This document shows, piece after piece, positions 28,347-38,219 of a stretch of DNA of 64,000 bases (positions are counted from its first letter, which is position 1; the number at the start of each line of letters is the position of its first letter). This DNA comes from Candidatus Pacebacteria bacterium CG2_30_36_39 (lineage in GTDB: Bacteria > Patescibacteriota > Microgenomatia > UBA1400 > PJMF01): NCBI GenBank assembly GCA_001873435.1, contig MNZB01000001.1, forward strand, positions 15,573 to 79,572, read 5' to 3'. The position numbers were made by a program, and so were the translations under genes. Below the pieces are notes generated by a model. That model saw nothing but the letters and a program-made list of their open reading frames with translations. It did no database searches and was not told the DNA's origin.

Positions 28347-29205
28347 GAAGAATTTTGACTTGATCTAAGTTCAATGGACTCGGCTTTTGATTATGAGTTT
28401 TTTGTGAGCCATTGAGTAACATTTTGCCACTACCATGGTAAAACCAAGTTCCATCATGGTCTATGGTTTGGATTTTTTCGTATAGTGGTTTGAGAATTAA
28501 ATCTGCGTCAGGTCTAGCTTTAATTCTAATATGGCCCAACTTTGGATCTTTACGAACCACTAAGGCATAGCCCATTCGTTGAGCTAATTTTATAGTGTCA
28601 TCATTTCTAGTATTAAGTAATAAAGCTTTGCCTGCTTTTAATTGCACTTCCTGACCCTTGGTATGTACTATTTCCATGGCTTTATGATATTGGCCTAAGG
28701 AAGCATAAACATTATCTAAACACTGGAAGCCAAAATGCATTTGCGAATCATCATTATGAGGATCGGTAAATTCATGTCCATGAATTAGTTCATGGATCAT
28801 AAATAAATATCTTTCTGCAGCTGGTTCTGGCCAATATATTTCTTCAAAATGATCAATGGTATTAACCATTTCAACAATGCTTTTTAGAGCTAGATCATCT
28901 TTTTTGTCTGGATAAACTTCGCACAAATGATCAAAAACTAAACTTGTAGCACAGACTCTAAGTTTTGCTCTTTCATCTTGATGATGATCAAATTCTCCAA
29001 AATTAGTATCTACATAGGTAATCTCGTGAAGTTGGCAACCAAGCTCTTCGGCTTCTTCTAAGGTTATGGCATCTCCTGGGTTTACAAAGGCAATGCTGGC
29101 TTCAGCAAATTTTTGGGCATGGAATCTTTTTAGTAACCAGGTTGAGGCGATGGCATCTAAATCTGGGGCATGATGCGTCACAATTAATGGTCTGGAATTT
29201 GACAT
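28327..29205 (-). CDS. DHH family phosphoesterase (NrnA-like)
   Basis: Motif I HHAPDLD and motif III FDHHQ; 292 aa; overlaps the HIT gene by 20 nt. Confidence 0.75.
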   Translation of the reverse strand: MSNSRPLIVTHHAPDLDAIASTWLLKRFHAQKFAEASIAFVNPGDAITLEEAEELGCQLHEITYVDTNFGEFDHHQDERAKLRVCATSLVFDHLCEVYPDKKDDLALKSIVEMVNTIDHFEEIYWPEPAAERYLFMIHELIHGHEFTDPHNDDSQMHFGFQCLDNVYASLGQYHKAMEIVHTKGQEVQLKAGKALLLNTRNDDTIKLAQRMGYALVVRKDPKLGHIRIKARPDADLILKPLYEKIQTIDHDGTWFYHGSGKMLLNGSQKTHNQKPSPLNLDQVKILLEEIYG

Positions 29206-29261
29206 ATATCTTTTATTATACAGATCAAGTGCAAGGAAGTTTGATGAAAAAATGGTTAGAT

Positions 29262-29302
29262 AAAAAAATTCCCCACCGCAGATCTTGCGATCTGCCGTGG
29301 GG
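29262..29302 (-). terminator. GC-rich intrinsic terminator for the proS operon (minus strand)
   Basis: 14-bp stem ccccaccgcagatc/gatctgccgtgggg with one mismatch and loop ttgc; an A8 run on the plus strand gives the U-tract on the minus transcript. Confidence 0.6.
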
Positions 29303-29455
29303 TCCTCACCGGGATGTATGCAGTAATATATTAAATGATATAGATAAATGATATAGTCAAAATAGATTGATGAGATGTTCTATAATTTTGCTTTACCTGT
29401 AATATTAATTTGATTATAGGTTAATATATTCAGGCAATTTATGCATCAAATAAGA

Positions 29456-29800
29456 TCAAAATCTTTTTTTATCACCAAAAATCGTTTTAAACAAAATCTT
29501 TAAACACCACCAAAGAATTTTAAATGGCAAAGTAATTAGCAACCAGATAAATGGTTCACGATCGTCTTCTCCCCTAACCCAAGTGGAGATAATAAGCATT
29601 TTTCCTTGATCTACTGGAGTAGCAACGACATGAATTTTGCGACCGTTAATAGTTCGAATAAATTTATAGTTTTGTTGATTGTGAAAAGTTTTATCTGGAC
29701 TATTTACTACCTGATAAATAATATCCTGGCTGATAGACCGGTCATCTAGTCTCTCCCAAGCATGTTTAGTAAATACTAAATTTTTATATGTTTGATTCAT
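29456..29800 (-). CDS. DUF4258-like (RelE/ParE-fold toxin-like) domain fused to a C-terminal hydrophobic/amphipathic tail
   Basis: FTKHAWERLDDRSIS...VVNSPD...RKIHVVATPVDQGKMLIISTWV fits the DUF4258 pattern. C-terminal LLITLPFKILWWCLKILF. Starts 3 nt after the proS stop. Confidence 0.55.
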   Translation of the reverse strand: MNQTYKNLVFTKHAWERLDDRSISQDIIYQVVNSPDKTFHNQQNYKFIRTINGRKIHVVATPVDQGKMLIISTWVRGEDDREPFIWLLITLPFKILWWCLKILFKTIFGDKKRF

Positions 29801-29802
29801 TC

Positions 29803-31035
29803 TTATAGCTGTGACAGACGCATTAGAACTTGATCATGCTCTAGTAATTCAGGATTAGTTTCTTTTCTATTTTTCCACTCAATCTTACCACCGTTTCTTT
29901 CGGAAAGAACTAAACGGACTGGAATACCCAATAAATCTGCGGCTGCAAATTTACTACCAGGGGATTCATTACGATCATCCCAGATTACCTCTACATTGTG
30001 TTTTTTAAGATCAGTATAAAGTTTTTCAGCTTGTTCTTCTGTACCCTTGAGTGACACCATTACTGCGTGATAAGGAGCAATTGCATAAGGCCAAACAATA
30101 CCTTTTTCATCAGAAGTTTTTTCAACAATCACACCCATAGTTCTAGTTGTGCCCCAGCCATAACAGCCCATGATTGGATATTTTTGTTCACTCTGAGCAT
30201 TGGTGTAAGTTAAGTCAAAGTCTTTAACGTATTTTTGACCAAGATCAAAAACATTACCCACCTCTGAAGCTTTGGCTGCTGCTAATTGGCCATGACCACA
30301 TTTTGGACAATCATCACCAACTTTTTGTTTAGCAATTTCACTATTTACACAAAACTCACATTTTGGACAATAAAAAATATCATCTTCTCCAGCATCAGTT
30401 AAAACCATAAATTCATAGGAAATTTTTTGAGTGAAACTACCACCAGATGCTTCAGTAACTTTTGCTACCAAATCAACTGCTTTATAAGCGCGAATGTAAG
30501 CATCTTTAACTTGTTGATAGAAACGATCAAAGTCTTCTTGGGTCTCATGAAAACTATACATGTCTTTCATCTCAAACTCACGACCACGCAAAATACCAGA
30601 TTTTGCTCTAAGTTCATCGCGGAATTTCCAATGAATTTGATAAAGAGCCAAAGGTAAGTCTTTATAACTTTTAATAATATCTTTGGCTAGTGGAGTTACA
30701 ATTTCCTCATGGCTTTGGCCTAGGGCATATTCTTTGTCTGTGCGACTTTTTAAATGAAACAAGACATCGACGTTATCCCAAGCACCAGTGGTAACCCAAT
30801 TTTGTTTTGGGTGTAATGATGGCATTAAAATTTCTTGACCACCAATAGCATTCATTTCTTTACGAATGATATTGCGAATCTTATTTAATACTTTCAAACC
30901 CAAGGGTGTGTAAGTATAAACACCAGCCATTAATTGACGGACATAGCCTGCCTGAACAAGTAGTTTGTGATTAATCGTATCAGCATTGGCTGGAGGATTT
31001 TTTAGCGGCTTAAAAGCCATTTGGGACATTTTCAT
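29803..31035 (-). CDS. proS: Prolyl-tRNA synthetase (short form lacking the editing insertion)
   Basis: Class II motifs; C-terminal anticodon-binding region; CxxC...CxxC zinc motif; 410 aa. Confidence 0.9.
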   Translation of the reverse strand: MKMSQMAFKPLKNPPANADTINHKLLVQAGYVRQLMAGVYTYTPLGLKVLNKIRNIIRKEMNAIGGQEILMPSLHPKQNWVTTGAWDNVDVLFHLKSRTDKEYALGQSHEEIVTPLAKDIIKSYKDLPLALYQIHWKFRDELRAKSGILRGREFEMKDMYSFHETQEDFDRFYQQVKDAYIRAYKAVDLVAKVTEASGGSFTQKISYEFMVLTDAGEDDIFYCPKCEFCVNSEIAKQKVGDDCPKCGHGQLAAAKASEVGNVFDLGQKYVKDFDLTYTNAQSEQKYPIMGCYGWGTTRTMGVIVEKTSDEKGIVWPYAIAPYHAVMVSLKGTEEQAEKLYTDLKKHNVEVIWDDRNESPGSKFAAADLLGIPVRLVLSERNGGKIEWKNRKETNPELLEHDQVLMRLSQL

Positions 31036-31093
31036 AACGGTTATTGTATACGAAAACAGTCTTTTATGGGAGATATGCCTGGATTGTATAAAC

Positions 31094-32923
31094 TTAACTG
31101 ATTAAAAGTTTCTTGTTGTCTTCCATACTGCGCAAACGCATGCTCTCTGGAGTAACTTCAAGTACTTCATTATCACTAACAATGGTAAGGAATTGTTCTA
31201 GAGAAGGTTTCCAAGCAGGAGCTAAAACGACAGTTGCATCTGCACTGGAAGCACGCATGTTGGTAAGTTTTTTACCACGAACCACATTCATCACAATATC
31301 TTCAGAACGTTTATGGATACCAACTATTTGACCAGCATAGACCTTATCACCTGGATCTACGAATAGAGTACCTCTTTGTTGAGCTTTTTCTAATGAATAA
31401 GCTGTAACAGAACCAGTTTCATGAGCAATCATGGCGCCGCCACGATGGATAATACAGTGTTCAGTTAAAGGTCTATATTCCAAGAAGGTGTTATGCATAA
31501 CACCTTCACCAGAGGTGCTGGTTAATAGCTCGCTGCGATAACCAATTAAATTGGCGGTTGAGATTTCATATTCAAATCTGACACCAGTTTTTGTTTGATG
31601 CATGTTTTTTAATTGACCACGACGTTGAGCCATACTAGCTGTAATTTTTCCAGTATGTTGATCTGTAACATCAATGGTGACGTATTCCCAAGGTTCTGTA
31701 GTGTGACCATCTTCTTGTTTAAGTACTACCTGTGGTTTGGAAAGAGCAAATTCATATCCTTCACGGCGCATGGTTTCGATTAAAATTGCTAAATGCAATT
31801 CACCTCTACCTACAATGACGACGTTTTCACCACTAGTACCGGGTAACATACGCAAGCCAACATTGGTTTCTAGTTCTTTTTTAAGTCTAGCTTGAAGTTG
31901 TCTAGAAGTTGAAAATTCAGCTTCTTGACCGGCAAAAGGTGAAGTATTTACCATGAGTTGCATTTTGACGGTTGGCTCAGTAATAGTCATTTGTGGCAGG
32001 GCTTCTGGCTGATGAGTATCGGCGATAGTGTCACCAATACCTGGTTCATTAATGCCAGCGATGGCAATAATTTCTCCAGCTTTTGCTTCTTCTACTTCTA
32101 AACGGTCTAAGCCAAAGTGATTGAATAGATATACGACTGAAGCAGCTTCAACTTTGCCGTTTGTACGTAAAATTTTAACTGGTTGATTTTTCTTAACAGT
32201 TCCACGGAAAATACGGCCAATAGCAATACGACCTTTGTGCTGGTCCCAATCTAACGAATTAACTTGAATTTGAAGAGGAGCGCTTTCATCACCTTTTGGA
32301 GCAGGGATGGCTTTGACGATAGTTTCGAATAATGGTTCTAGGTTGGTGCTATCAGTGATATTGACAGAAAAATCTGGGTTTTCAGTAGTTTTTGTGCCCA
32401 CAATTCCTTCGATGCCTCTGCCATATAATAGTGGAAAGTCTAGTTGTGAGTCTTGAGTAGCTAATTCTAAAAATAGATCTGCAACTTCGCTTTCAACTTC
32501 TTTAATACGTTGGTCTTTGCGATCAACTTTATTGATTAAAACAATGGGGGCAAGTCCGAGCTCTAAGGCTAAGCGTAGAACAAAACGGGTTTGTGAGAGT
32601 ACGCCTTCAGCAGCATCGACTAATAAGATACAGCCATCAGCCATGTTTAAAACACGTTCCACTTCACCTGAAAAATCAGCGTGACCTGGAGTGTCTAAAA
32701 TATTAATTTTGTAATCTTTCCAAAAAACTGCAGTGTTTTTAGCTAAGATAGTTACACCTTTTTCACGTTCCAAATCATTAGAATCCATGATGGTAGTAGC
32801 TTGATTTTCTTTTTGATGAGCAGCAAAAGTTTTAGTTTGCTTTAACATAGCGTCCACGAGAGTTGTTTTTCCGTGGTCGACGTGAGCGATAATAGCAATA
32901 TTGCGCAGGTGTTGCTGGTTCAT
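31094..32923 (-). CDS. typA: Translational GTPase TypA/BipA
   Basis: G-domain [10 protein letters not shown] and DTPGHADF; 609 aa, typical of BipA. Confidence 0.9.
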   Translation of the reverse strand: MNQQHLRNIAIIAHVDHGKTTLVDAMLKQTKTFAAHQKENQATTIMDSNDLEREKGVTILAKNTAVFWKDYKINILDTPGHADFSGEVERVLNMADGCILLVDAAEGVLSQTRFVLRLALELGLAPIVLINKVDRKDQRIKEVESEVADLFLELATQDSQLDFPLLYGRGIEGIVGTKTTENPDFSVNITDSTNLEPLFETIVKAIPAPKGDESAPLQIQVNSLDWDQHKGRIAIGRIFRGTVKKNQPVKILRTNGKVEAASVVYLFNHFGLDRLEVEEAKAGEIIAIAGINEPGIGDTIADTHQPEALPQMTITEPTVKMQLMVNTSPFAGQEAEFSTSRQLQARLKKELETNVGLRMLPGTSGENVVIVGRGELHLAILIETMRREGYEFALSKPQVVLKQEDGHTTEPWEYVTIDVTDQHTGKITASMAQRRGQLKNMHQTKTGVRFEYEISTANLIGYRSELLTSTSGEGVMHNTFLEYRPLTEHCIIHRGGAMIAHETGSVTAYSLEKAQQRGTLFVDPGDKVYAGQIVGIHKRSEDIVMNVVRGKKLTNMRASSADATVVLAPAWKPSLEQFLTIVSDNEVLEVTPESMRLRSMEDNKKLLIS

Positions 32924-32969
32924 ACTTGTTTCCTAACTCTCTATAAAGAGGAAAAGAAGGATTATATAA

Positions 32970-33860
32970 TTATCCTTGTAAATTTTCTACTAGGACTTTT
33001 GAGATGTCCAAAATAGTAATCTTCTTAAATTGTTCTGTTCTCTCAATAGAATTGGTGACTGTAACACTATCAACCATTGATTTGGCTAATGATTCTAGTG
33101 CATCGCCAGTAAAAACACCATGAGTGGCCAAAAAATGAATTTCTTTGGCGCCTTGTTCTTTGAGCATTTTGGCAACTTCAACAACAGTTTGGCCAGAAAG
33201 AATTGCGTCATCAAAAATGAAAATGTTTTTGCCTTTTACTTCCCCATCAAGTTTGGTAGTAGTTACTTGTCCAGTGATTAGGTCACGACGTTTTTCGATT
33301 CCGCCTAACTCCAAATGTAGTTCATTGGCAAATAATCTAGCTCTTTTTAGTCCTCCAAAATCGGGACTAATAACCATGGCTTTAGTGAGGTCAAAATGTT
33401 CTTTAATATGAGTAATGAACTCGTTCATTGCGGTAATGTGATAGGTTGGAATGGAAAAGAATCCAGGGATACTGATGTTATGAAGATCTAAGAGATATAC
33501 TTTTTTGATACAGGTGCTTTCGATAATTTTGGCAATTACTTTGGCAGAAAGTGGTTCTCCAGGCATGAAGACTTTGTCTTGGAAAGAGTAACCAAACCAA
33601 GGGATAAAAAGATTGATTTCATGAGCTCCCAATCTTTCAAGGGCGTCAGCGATTAAAGCTGTTTCTATAATACGATCATCAACTGGTTTGGAAAAAGATT
33701 GAATGATTAAAACATCTTGGTTTTTAACAGTATTGGATATGTGAATTCGTTTTTCACCATTGGCAAAAGTATCAATATCACAGTCAACCAATGGGGCATT
33801 TAATTGTAAAGCAATGTTTTCTGCAAGTTTTGGGCTTGATGAGCCAGCGATAATTTTCAT
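32970..33860 (-). CDS. prs: Ribose-phosphate pyrophosphokinase
   Basis: PRPP-binding loop DDAILSGQT; 296 aa. Confidence 0.92.
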   Translation of the reverse strand: MKIIAGSSSPKLAENIALQLNAPLVDCDIDTFANGEKRIHISNTVKNQDVLIIQSFSKPVDDRIIETALIADALERLGAHEINLFIPWFGYSFQDKVFMPGEPLSAKVIAKIIESTCIKKVYLLDLHNISIPGFFSIPTYHITAMNEFITHIKEHFDLTKAMVISPDFGGLKRARLFANELHLELGGIEKRRDLITGQVTTTKLDGEVKGKNIFIFDDAILSGQTVVEVAKMLKEQGAKEIHFLATHGVFTGDALESLAKSMVDSVTVTNSIERTEQFKKITILDISKVLVENLQG

Positions 33861-33881
33861 GGATATAGTGTACCGCGAGTT

Positions 33882-34961
33882 TTATGACTCGGCTACAGAT
33901 GATTTTTCATAGTTGTCTGCTTCAGACAAAAGGCTTTCGATGGTATGGGCTACGCAAGATAAGATAGCTACGTCTTCTTCAGTGAGATTAAATATAGGAT
34001 CATTTGTTTCTCCTCTTATGGCTTTGCCGATTTTACCTCTCAGGGTTTCAGGAACTCTAACTGAAGGAAATATGTTAATTTCTTTTCTTTCTCCTCTTAA
34101 GAATTTGCCTATTTTTCTTTTCCACTCTTTGGAGATATTAAATTTTTCTAAAGTTTTAGAATCTTCTAATTCATCTTTTTCTTGGCGTTGATAATTAATT
34201 CTTAATTTTTTTAATCTATCGACCAAAACTCGATCAAATAATATGTCTGCCATAGTTAAAAAATTAGAGACTCTTTGTTTAATGAAGACTTCTTCTACTT
34301 CACCATAAAAAGATTTTATTAGCGTTGCAATATTTTCGTCTTCTTGTTTAAAGCCATTGGCTCCGGCATTATTAAACATTCTGTGATGATATTTAGCTGA
34401 AACAAGTTGCACAGCTTGTAATTGGTTAATTCCCAAAACTTTTTGTAGGGCTTCAATCCATGATTCATATTGTTTTTTATTTTCGCTATCAGTTATTTCT
34501 AGATGGAAAAGATTGTAAAAAACATCTGAGATTTCAGCAAATGCCATGGCTGAATCTATACCATTTTCTCCATCAAGATAAAATGAGAGAGCTGCTCTGA
34601 CTTCATCTGCTTCTGCTGCTTTATAGTGGAGGCGTTGCAGTTTTTTTCTGGCTTCTTTTTCAGCGTCTCTTCCATCTTCTTGTTTTGTGCGAATATATTT
34701 GCCAGTGAAATCTTTTGTTAGACGCATGTTGCGATTGATGCCATCACCAATGACAAACATGATTTTGGTTTCTTCTCTAACTGGAAGGCCGTTTCTATAA
34801 ACTTTTGATTCTTGGAGATAGAGTACTTCTGAGGCGTAGTATCTGGCGTTTTCCTCGTTATCTAGGAAGGCCAATAACTGTTCGTAAGTTAGGCTGCTAA
34901 AATATTCAAGATCGTTTGTTCCCTTTTGCCATTCGATGGCTGGAGAAACTGTTTCTAGCAT
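33882..34961 (-). CDS. Hypothetical protein (359 aa, charged/helical)
   Basis: Long ORF packed 21 nt upstream of prs; no motif recognised. Confidence 0.5.
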   Translation of the reverse strand: MLETVSPAIEWQKGTNDLEYFSSLTYEQLLAFLDNEENARYYASEVLYLQESKVYRNGLPVREETKIMFVIGDGINRNMRLTKDFTGKYIRTKQEDGRDAEKEARKKLQRLHYKAAEADEVRAALSFYLDGENGIDSAMAFAEISDVFYNLFHLEITDSENKKQYESWIEALQKVLGINQLQAVQLVSAKYHHRMFNNAGANGFKQEDENIATLIKSFYGEVEEVFIKQRVSNFLTMADILFDRVLVDRLKKLRINYQRQEKDELEDSKTLEKFNISKEWKRKIGKFLRGERKEINIFPSVRVPETLRGKIGKAIRGETNDPIFNLTEEDVAILSCVAHTIESLLSEADNYEKSSVAES

Positions 34962-35010
34962 AAAAAAAATATTATATCAGACTACAACAAATTTAAATAC
35001 AAAAAAATCC

Positions 35011-35493
35011 TTATTTATTTTCTAATTTTGCTTTTTTAAATTTTTGAATAGCTAATTCTGAGGCAGGAATGGCCATTATTAGGGCTAAGACGGCCACGGA
35101 AATATCACCAACAACTTCATTGTTTTTAGGAAAAATCTCTACCAATGCATTTAAAGTTAAAATACTAGCTGCACTGAAGATATAGCCTTGTTTAATAATT
35201 TTTTGGGCTATTTCAGAGTGAAAAGCTTCTTGGAATAGGTTTTTTACAAATACTGCGCTAATCGCAAAGCCAGCAGTGAAGCCATAATTTCCAAGATGTT
35301 TTGTAATTGGTCCTATGGTTTCTAATAATATTTTTCTTCTCTCTGGATCAGCTAATCCTCCATTGGGGTGTGAATAGAAATCTAATAATGAAATAGCTGC
35401 AGTGAGGAGCACTAAGAAAACAGTGCCATCAATGGTGCTAGATTTTTCTTTGGTAATTTCTTTTTCCATCTTGAGGGGAGAATTATACCTCAT
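35011..35493 (-). CDS. Hypothetical membrane protein
   Basis: 160-aa ORF with 3-4 predicted TM helices. Confidence 0.5.
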   Translation of the reverse strand: MRYNSPLKMEKEITKEKSSTIDGTVFLVLLTAAISLLDFYSHPNGGLADPERRKILLETIGPITKHLGNYGFTAGFAISAVFVKNLFQEAFHSEIAQKIIKQGYIFSAASILTLNALVEIFPKNNEVVGDISVAVLALIMAIPASELAIQKFKKAKLENK

Positions 35494-35504
35494 TTAGTTT
35501 TGAG

Positions 35505-35536
35505 TATAAAAAAAGACAGTTTTTTAAACTGTCTTT
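35505..35536 (-). terminator. Intrinsic terminator downstream of tRNA-Lys (minus strand)
   Basis: agacagt-tttttaa-actgtct hairpin; the A-run on the plus strand gives the U-tract on the minus transcript. Confidence 0.6.
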
Positions 35537-35544
35537 TAATAATG

Positions 35545-35618
35545 TGAGTCAGGTGGGACTCGAACCCACGACATTCTGCTTAAGAGGCAGACGCTCTAAC
35601 CGACTGAGCTACTGACCC
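35545..35618 (-). tRNA. tRNA-Lys (anticodon CTT), no encoded CCA
   Basis: Reverse-complement cloverleaf: acceptor gggtcag/ctgactc; anticodon stem tctgc/gcaga; loop ctCTTaa; T-loop ttcgagt. Confidence 0.88.
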
Positions 35619-35640
35619 AACACGGGTATTTTATCACTAA

Positions 35641-36882
35641 GTGTCGTATTTTACTTTTTTTGCTATAAAAACACCAGATTTAGATCAGTCTACCACTGTC
35701 AATTACTACTTAAATTGTTTTACAATTATAAGCACATTTTTATGGGTGATCCTTTTTATGAATCAAGAGTTTCAAGATAAACAAACAGACGCAACTGAAA
35801 CGAGGCTGTCTGAGAAAATTATAGACAATTTTCCTGGTAGTGAAAGTCTTGACGTTATTTATCAGTTCTTTGTTAATAATGAGAAAATTACCTTAGATGA
35901 TTATAAATTAGGATTATCACCTGATGAAGAATTTTTTATTTCTGAGCTAACCAGATTAATCGGCGTGGAATTTTCACAAAACGGTTTGGATTTTATAGCT
36001 AATTTAGCCAATCAAAAAATTAATTTAGCTGCAAGTAAGTTTTTTGATCAGCCAAAAAGCGAAAAAATGATTACATTCTTAGCTTTTTTGTTTAATGAAT
36101 TTAAAGATGCCAAAACTGAATCTGAAAAAATTCTAGAAGTTTATTTTTCTTTGTTAGCTAGAGTAATTCGTTTGGAAAAAGTGAATACTGCGTTTGAGGT
36201 GGAACAGGTTGATTTAAGAAAAGTAGCTTCAACTGATTCTTTAACTAAAATTAATAATCGTGGACAGCTTGAGGCTGATTTACCAATGATCTTTGATAGT
36301 GATAGAGAGAGTGATCAAAACCTTGCCTTAATTATTTTTGATTTAGATCATTTTAAAGCTGTTAATGACACTTATGGCCATGCTGCTGGTGATATGGTAT
36401 TGAGAGCTGTAACAAAGAGGATTGCTGAATTAATAAGAAATGAAGACAAATTTTATCGTTATGGAGGTGAGGAATTTGTGATTTTACTTCAAGTTCATAA
36501 TCGAGATGAAGTAAAATTGGTTATGAATAAAATTGTTGAGAGCATTGCTGAAATGCCAATAGATATTGGTAATGGTCGTGAGCTTAAAATAACTCTTAGT
36601 ATGGGTGGTGCAATTAAGGAAGATGCTTTAAATGACGATAGACATGGTAATACACATAAAGCTTGGGTATTAATGCAACTTGCTGATGAAGTTTTGTATC
36701 ATGTTAAACATCGACAAAACGGTCGAAACGACTCATTTATGATTGGTTTAGATACTATGAGAGTAGATTTTACAGATCAAATGTGGGATGAGGTTGGTAA
36801 GAATTTAAAAATCACCGATATGATTAAATCATTTTTTTTAGGTTTTTTGTCGAGAGCAAAACCAAAAAAACCAAAAAGTTAA
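35641..36882 (+). CDS. Diguanylate cyclase (GGDEF domain) with N-terminal TM and an uncharacterised sensor region
   Basis: DLDHFKAVNDTYGHAAGD and the active-site RYGGEEF motif. 413 aa; start uncertain (an alternative Met lies at 35758). Confidence 0.8.
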   Translation: MSYFTFFAIKTPDLDQSTTVNYYLNCFTIISTFLWVILFMNQEFQDKQTDATETRLSEKIIDNFPGSESLDVIYQFFVNNEKITLDDYKLGLSPDEEFFISELTRLIGVEFSQNGLDFIANLANQKINLAASKFFDQPKSEKMITFLAFLFNEFKDAKTESEKILEVYFSLLARVIRLEKVNTAFEVEQVDLRKVASTDSLTKINNRGQLEADLPMIFDSDRESDQNLALIIFDLDHFKAVNDTYGHAAGDMVLRAVTKRIAELIRNEDKFYRYGGEEFVILLQVHNRDEVKLVMNKIVESIAEMPIDIGNGRELKITLSMGGAIKEDALNDDRHGNTHKAWVLMQLADEVLYHVKHRQNGRNDSFMIGLDTMRVDFTDQMWDEVGKNLKITDMIKSFFLGFLSRAKPKKPKS

Positions 36883-36884
36883 TG

Positions 36885-36958
36885 TGCCTCAGGAGGGACT
36901 CGAACCCCCGACGCCAGGTTCCGAAGACCTGCGCTCTAATCCACTGAGCTACTGAGGC
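36885..36958 (-). tRNA. tRNA-Arg (anticodon TCG)
   Basis: Reverse-complement cloverleaf: acceptor gcctcag/ctgaggc; anticodon stem caggt/acctg; loop ctTCGga. Confidence 0.88.
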
Positions 36959-37086
36959 GTGGACTTGGTCATTATAACACTTCTCTATTTGATATCTTGA
37001 GGTTATTCGTCATTATTTTCTTTCCCTAATATTTCCCAAAATTGACTTTTATAAACTTAAAAATTTAGGTTATACTGCGATGTAAT

Positions 37087-37800
37087 ATGGCAATAAATTA
37101 TTACCCCCTCATTAATAAAATTGTTTCTACCTTAGGAATCAAAGATCGCTTGCTTCAAGAATTGCCAGAAGAACATTTTTTTAGCAAACCTTTTATTACT
37201 ATTGCTCGTGAACCAGGTAGCGGCGGTGCTCCAATAGCTAAAAAATTAGCTGAAAGATTGGGTTTTGTTGTTCATGATGAAACAATTATTGATCAAATTG
37301 CAGAATCTACCAAACGCCGAAAAGCCATTATTCAACAGCTTGATGAAAAAGGTCGTTCTTATGTTAATGATTTGGTTCACTCTGCTTTAAATCCAGAATA
37401 TGTTGATGAAAATACTTTTATTAAAGAACTAACAAGAGTAATTTTGACTTTTGCTCATCAAGGCAATTGTGTAATTTTGGGTCGTGGTTCAAATTTTATT
37501 ACGCCATTTGCTAGGGGCTTGCATGTAAATATTGTGGCTCCTTATGAGTTGCGCGTGCAAAGAGCAATGGAATACGAAGGTTATGATCGAGCAAAAGCTA
37601 AAAAAGTTATTGCTTATCATGAAAAAGAACGTCGCGAGTTTGTAAAAAAATATTTTAAACAAGATCTTAATAGTCGCAATGCTTATGATTTGACCATTAA
37701 TACGACCTATCTTTCTGTTGATGAGGCTGTTGAGGTAATTGAATTAGCATTTCGTCGTAAATTTCCAGCCTTCAAAAGACTTAAAGCTGTATTTTTCTAA
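37087..37800 (+). CDS. Cytidylate-kinase-like family P-loop protein
   Basis: ITIAREPGSGGAPIAKKLAERLG matches the cytidylate-kinase-like (Cytidylate_kin2) N-terminal signature; 237 aa. Confidence 0.7.
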   Translation: MAINYYPLINKIVSTLGIKDRLLQELPEEHFFSKPFITIAREPGSGGAPIAKKLAERLGFVVHDETIIDQIAESTKRRKAIIQQLDEKGRSYVNDLVHSALNPEYVDENTFIKELTRVILTFAHQGNCVILGRGSNFITPFARGLHVNIVAPYELRVQRAMEYEGYDRAKAKKVIAYHEKERREFVKKYFKQDLNSRNAYDLTINTTYLSVDEAVEVIELAFRRKFPAFKRLKAVFF

Positions 37801-37828
37801 GCTTGACGTTATAATACCCTGTGTTTCC

Positions 37829-37915
37829 GCCAGAGTGCTGGAATTGGTAGACAGGCTAGTTTCAGGAACTAGTGCTTTTAAAACGGGCGTGTGGGTTCAA
37901 ATCCCTCCTCTGGCA
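37829..37915 (+). tRNA. tRNA-Leu (anticodon CAG), long variable arm
   Basis: Acceptor gccagag/ctctggc; anticodon loop ttCAGga; 87 nt. Confidence 0.85.
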
Positions 37916-38004
37916 CTCGAGAAAAATTAGATTTTTCACTTTGGCCAAGATGCTATATAATGTGTGTCTTGTGAGAAATCACGCTCTTTGAAATTATTGA
38001 TAAT

Positions 38005-38078
38005 GCGAGAATAGCTCAGTTGGCTAGAGCGTCTCCTTGCCAAGGAGAAGGTCGCGGGTCCGAGTCCCGTTTCTCGCT
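38005..38078 (+). tRNA. tRNA-Gly (anticodon GCC)
   Basis: Acceptor gcgagaa/ttctcgc; anticodon stem tctcc/ggaga; loop ttGCCaa. Confidence 0.88.
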
Positions 38079-38092
38079 CATTCTGTGCAGAT

Positions 38093-38174
38093 GCCCAGGT
38101 GGTGAAATTGGTATACACGCAGTCTTGAGGTGGCTGTGGAGAAATCCGTGGAGGTTCAACTCCTCTCCTGGGCA
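38093..38174 (+). tRNA. tRNA-Leu (anticodon GAG), long variable arm
   Basis: Acceptor gcccagg/cctgggc; anticodon stem cagtc/ggctg; loop ttGAGgt. Confidence 0.8.
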
Positions 38175-38219
38175 CATCCACCAGCTATGACAAACTGAAA
38201 TATCTCCACCTATGAGTAT

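Noticed and set aside
29142-29351. 69-aa plus-strand ORF
   Set aside because: It spans the DHH gene start and the GC hairpin/terminator region and has no Shine-Dalgarno. It is more plausibly non-coding.
37936-38181. 81-aa minus-strand ORF from the six-frame track
   Set aside because: It lies entirely across the tRNA-Gly(GCC)/tRNA-Leu(GAG) genes and has no Shine-Dalgarno. It is a translation artefact of structured RNA genes.
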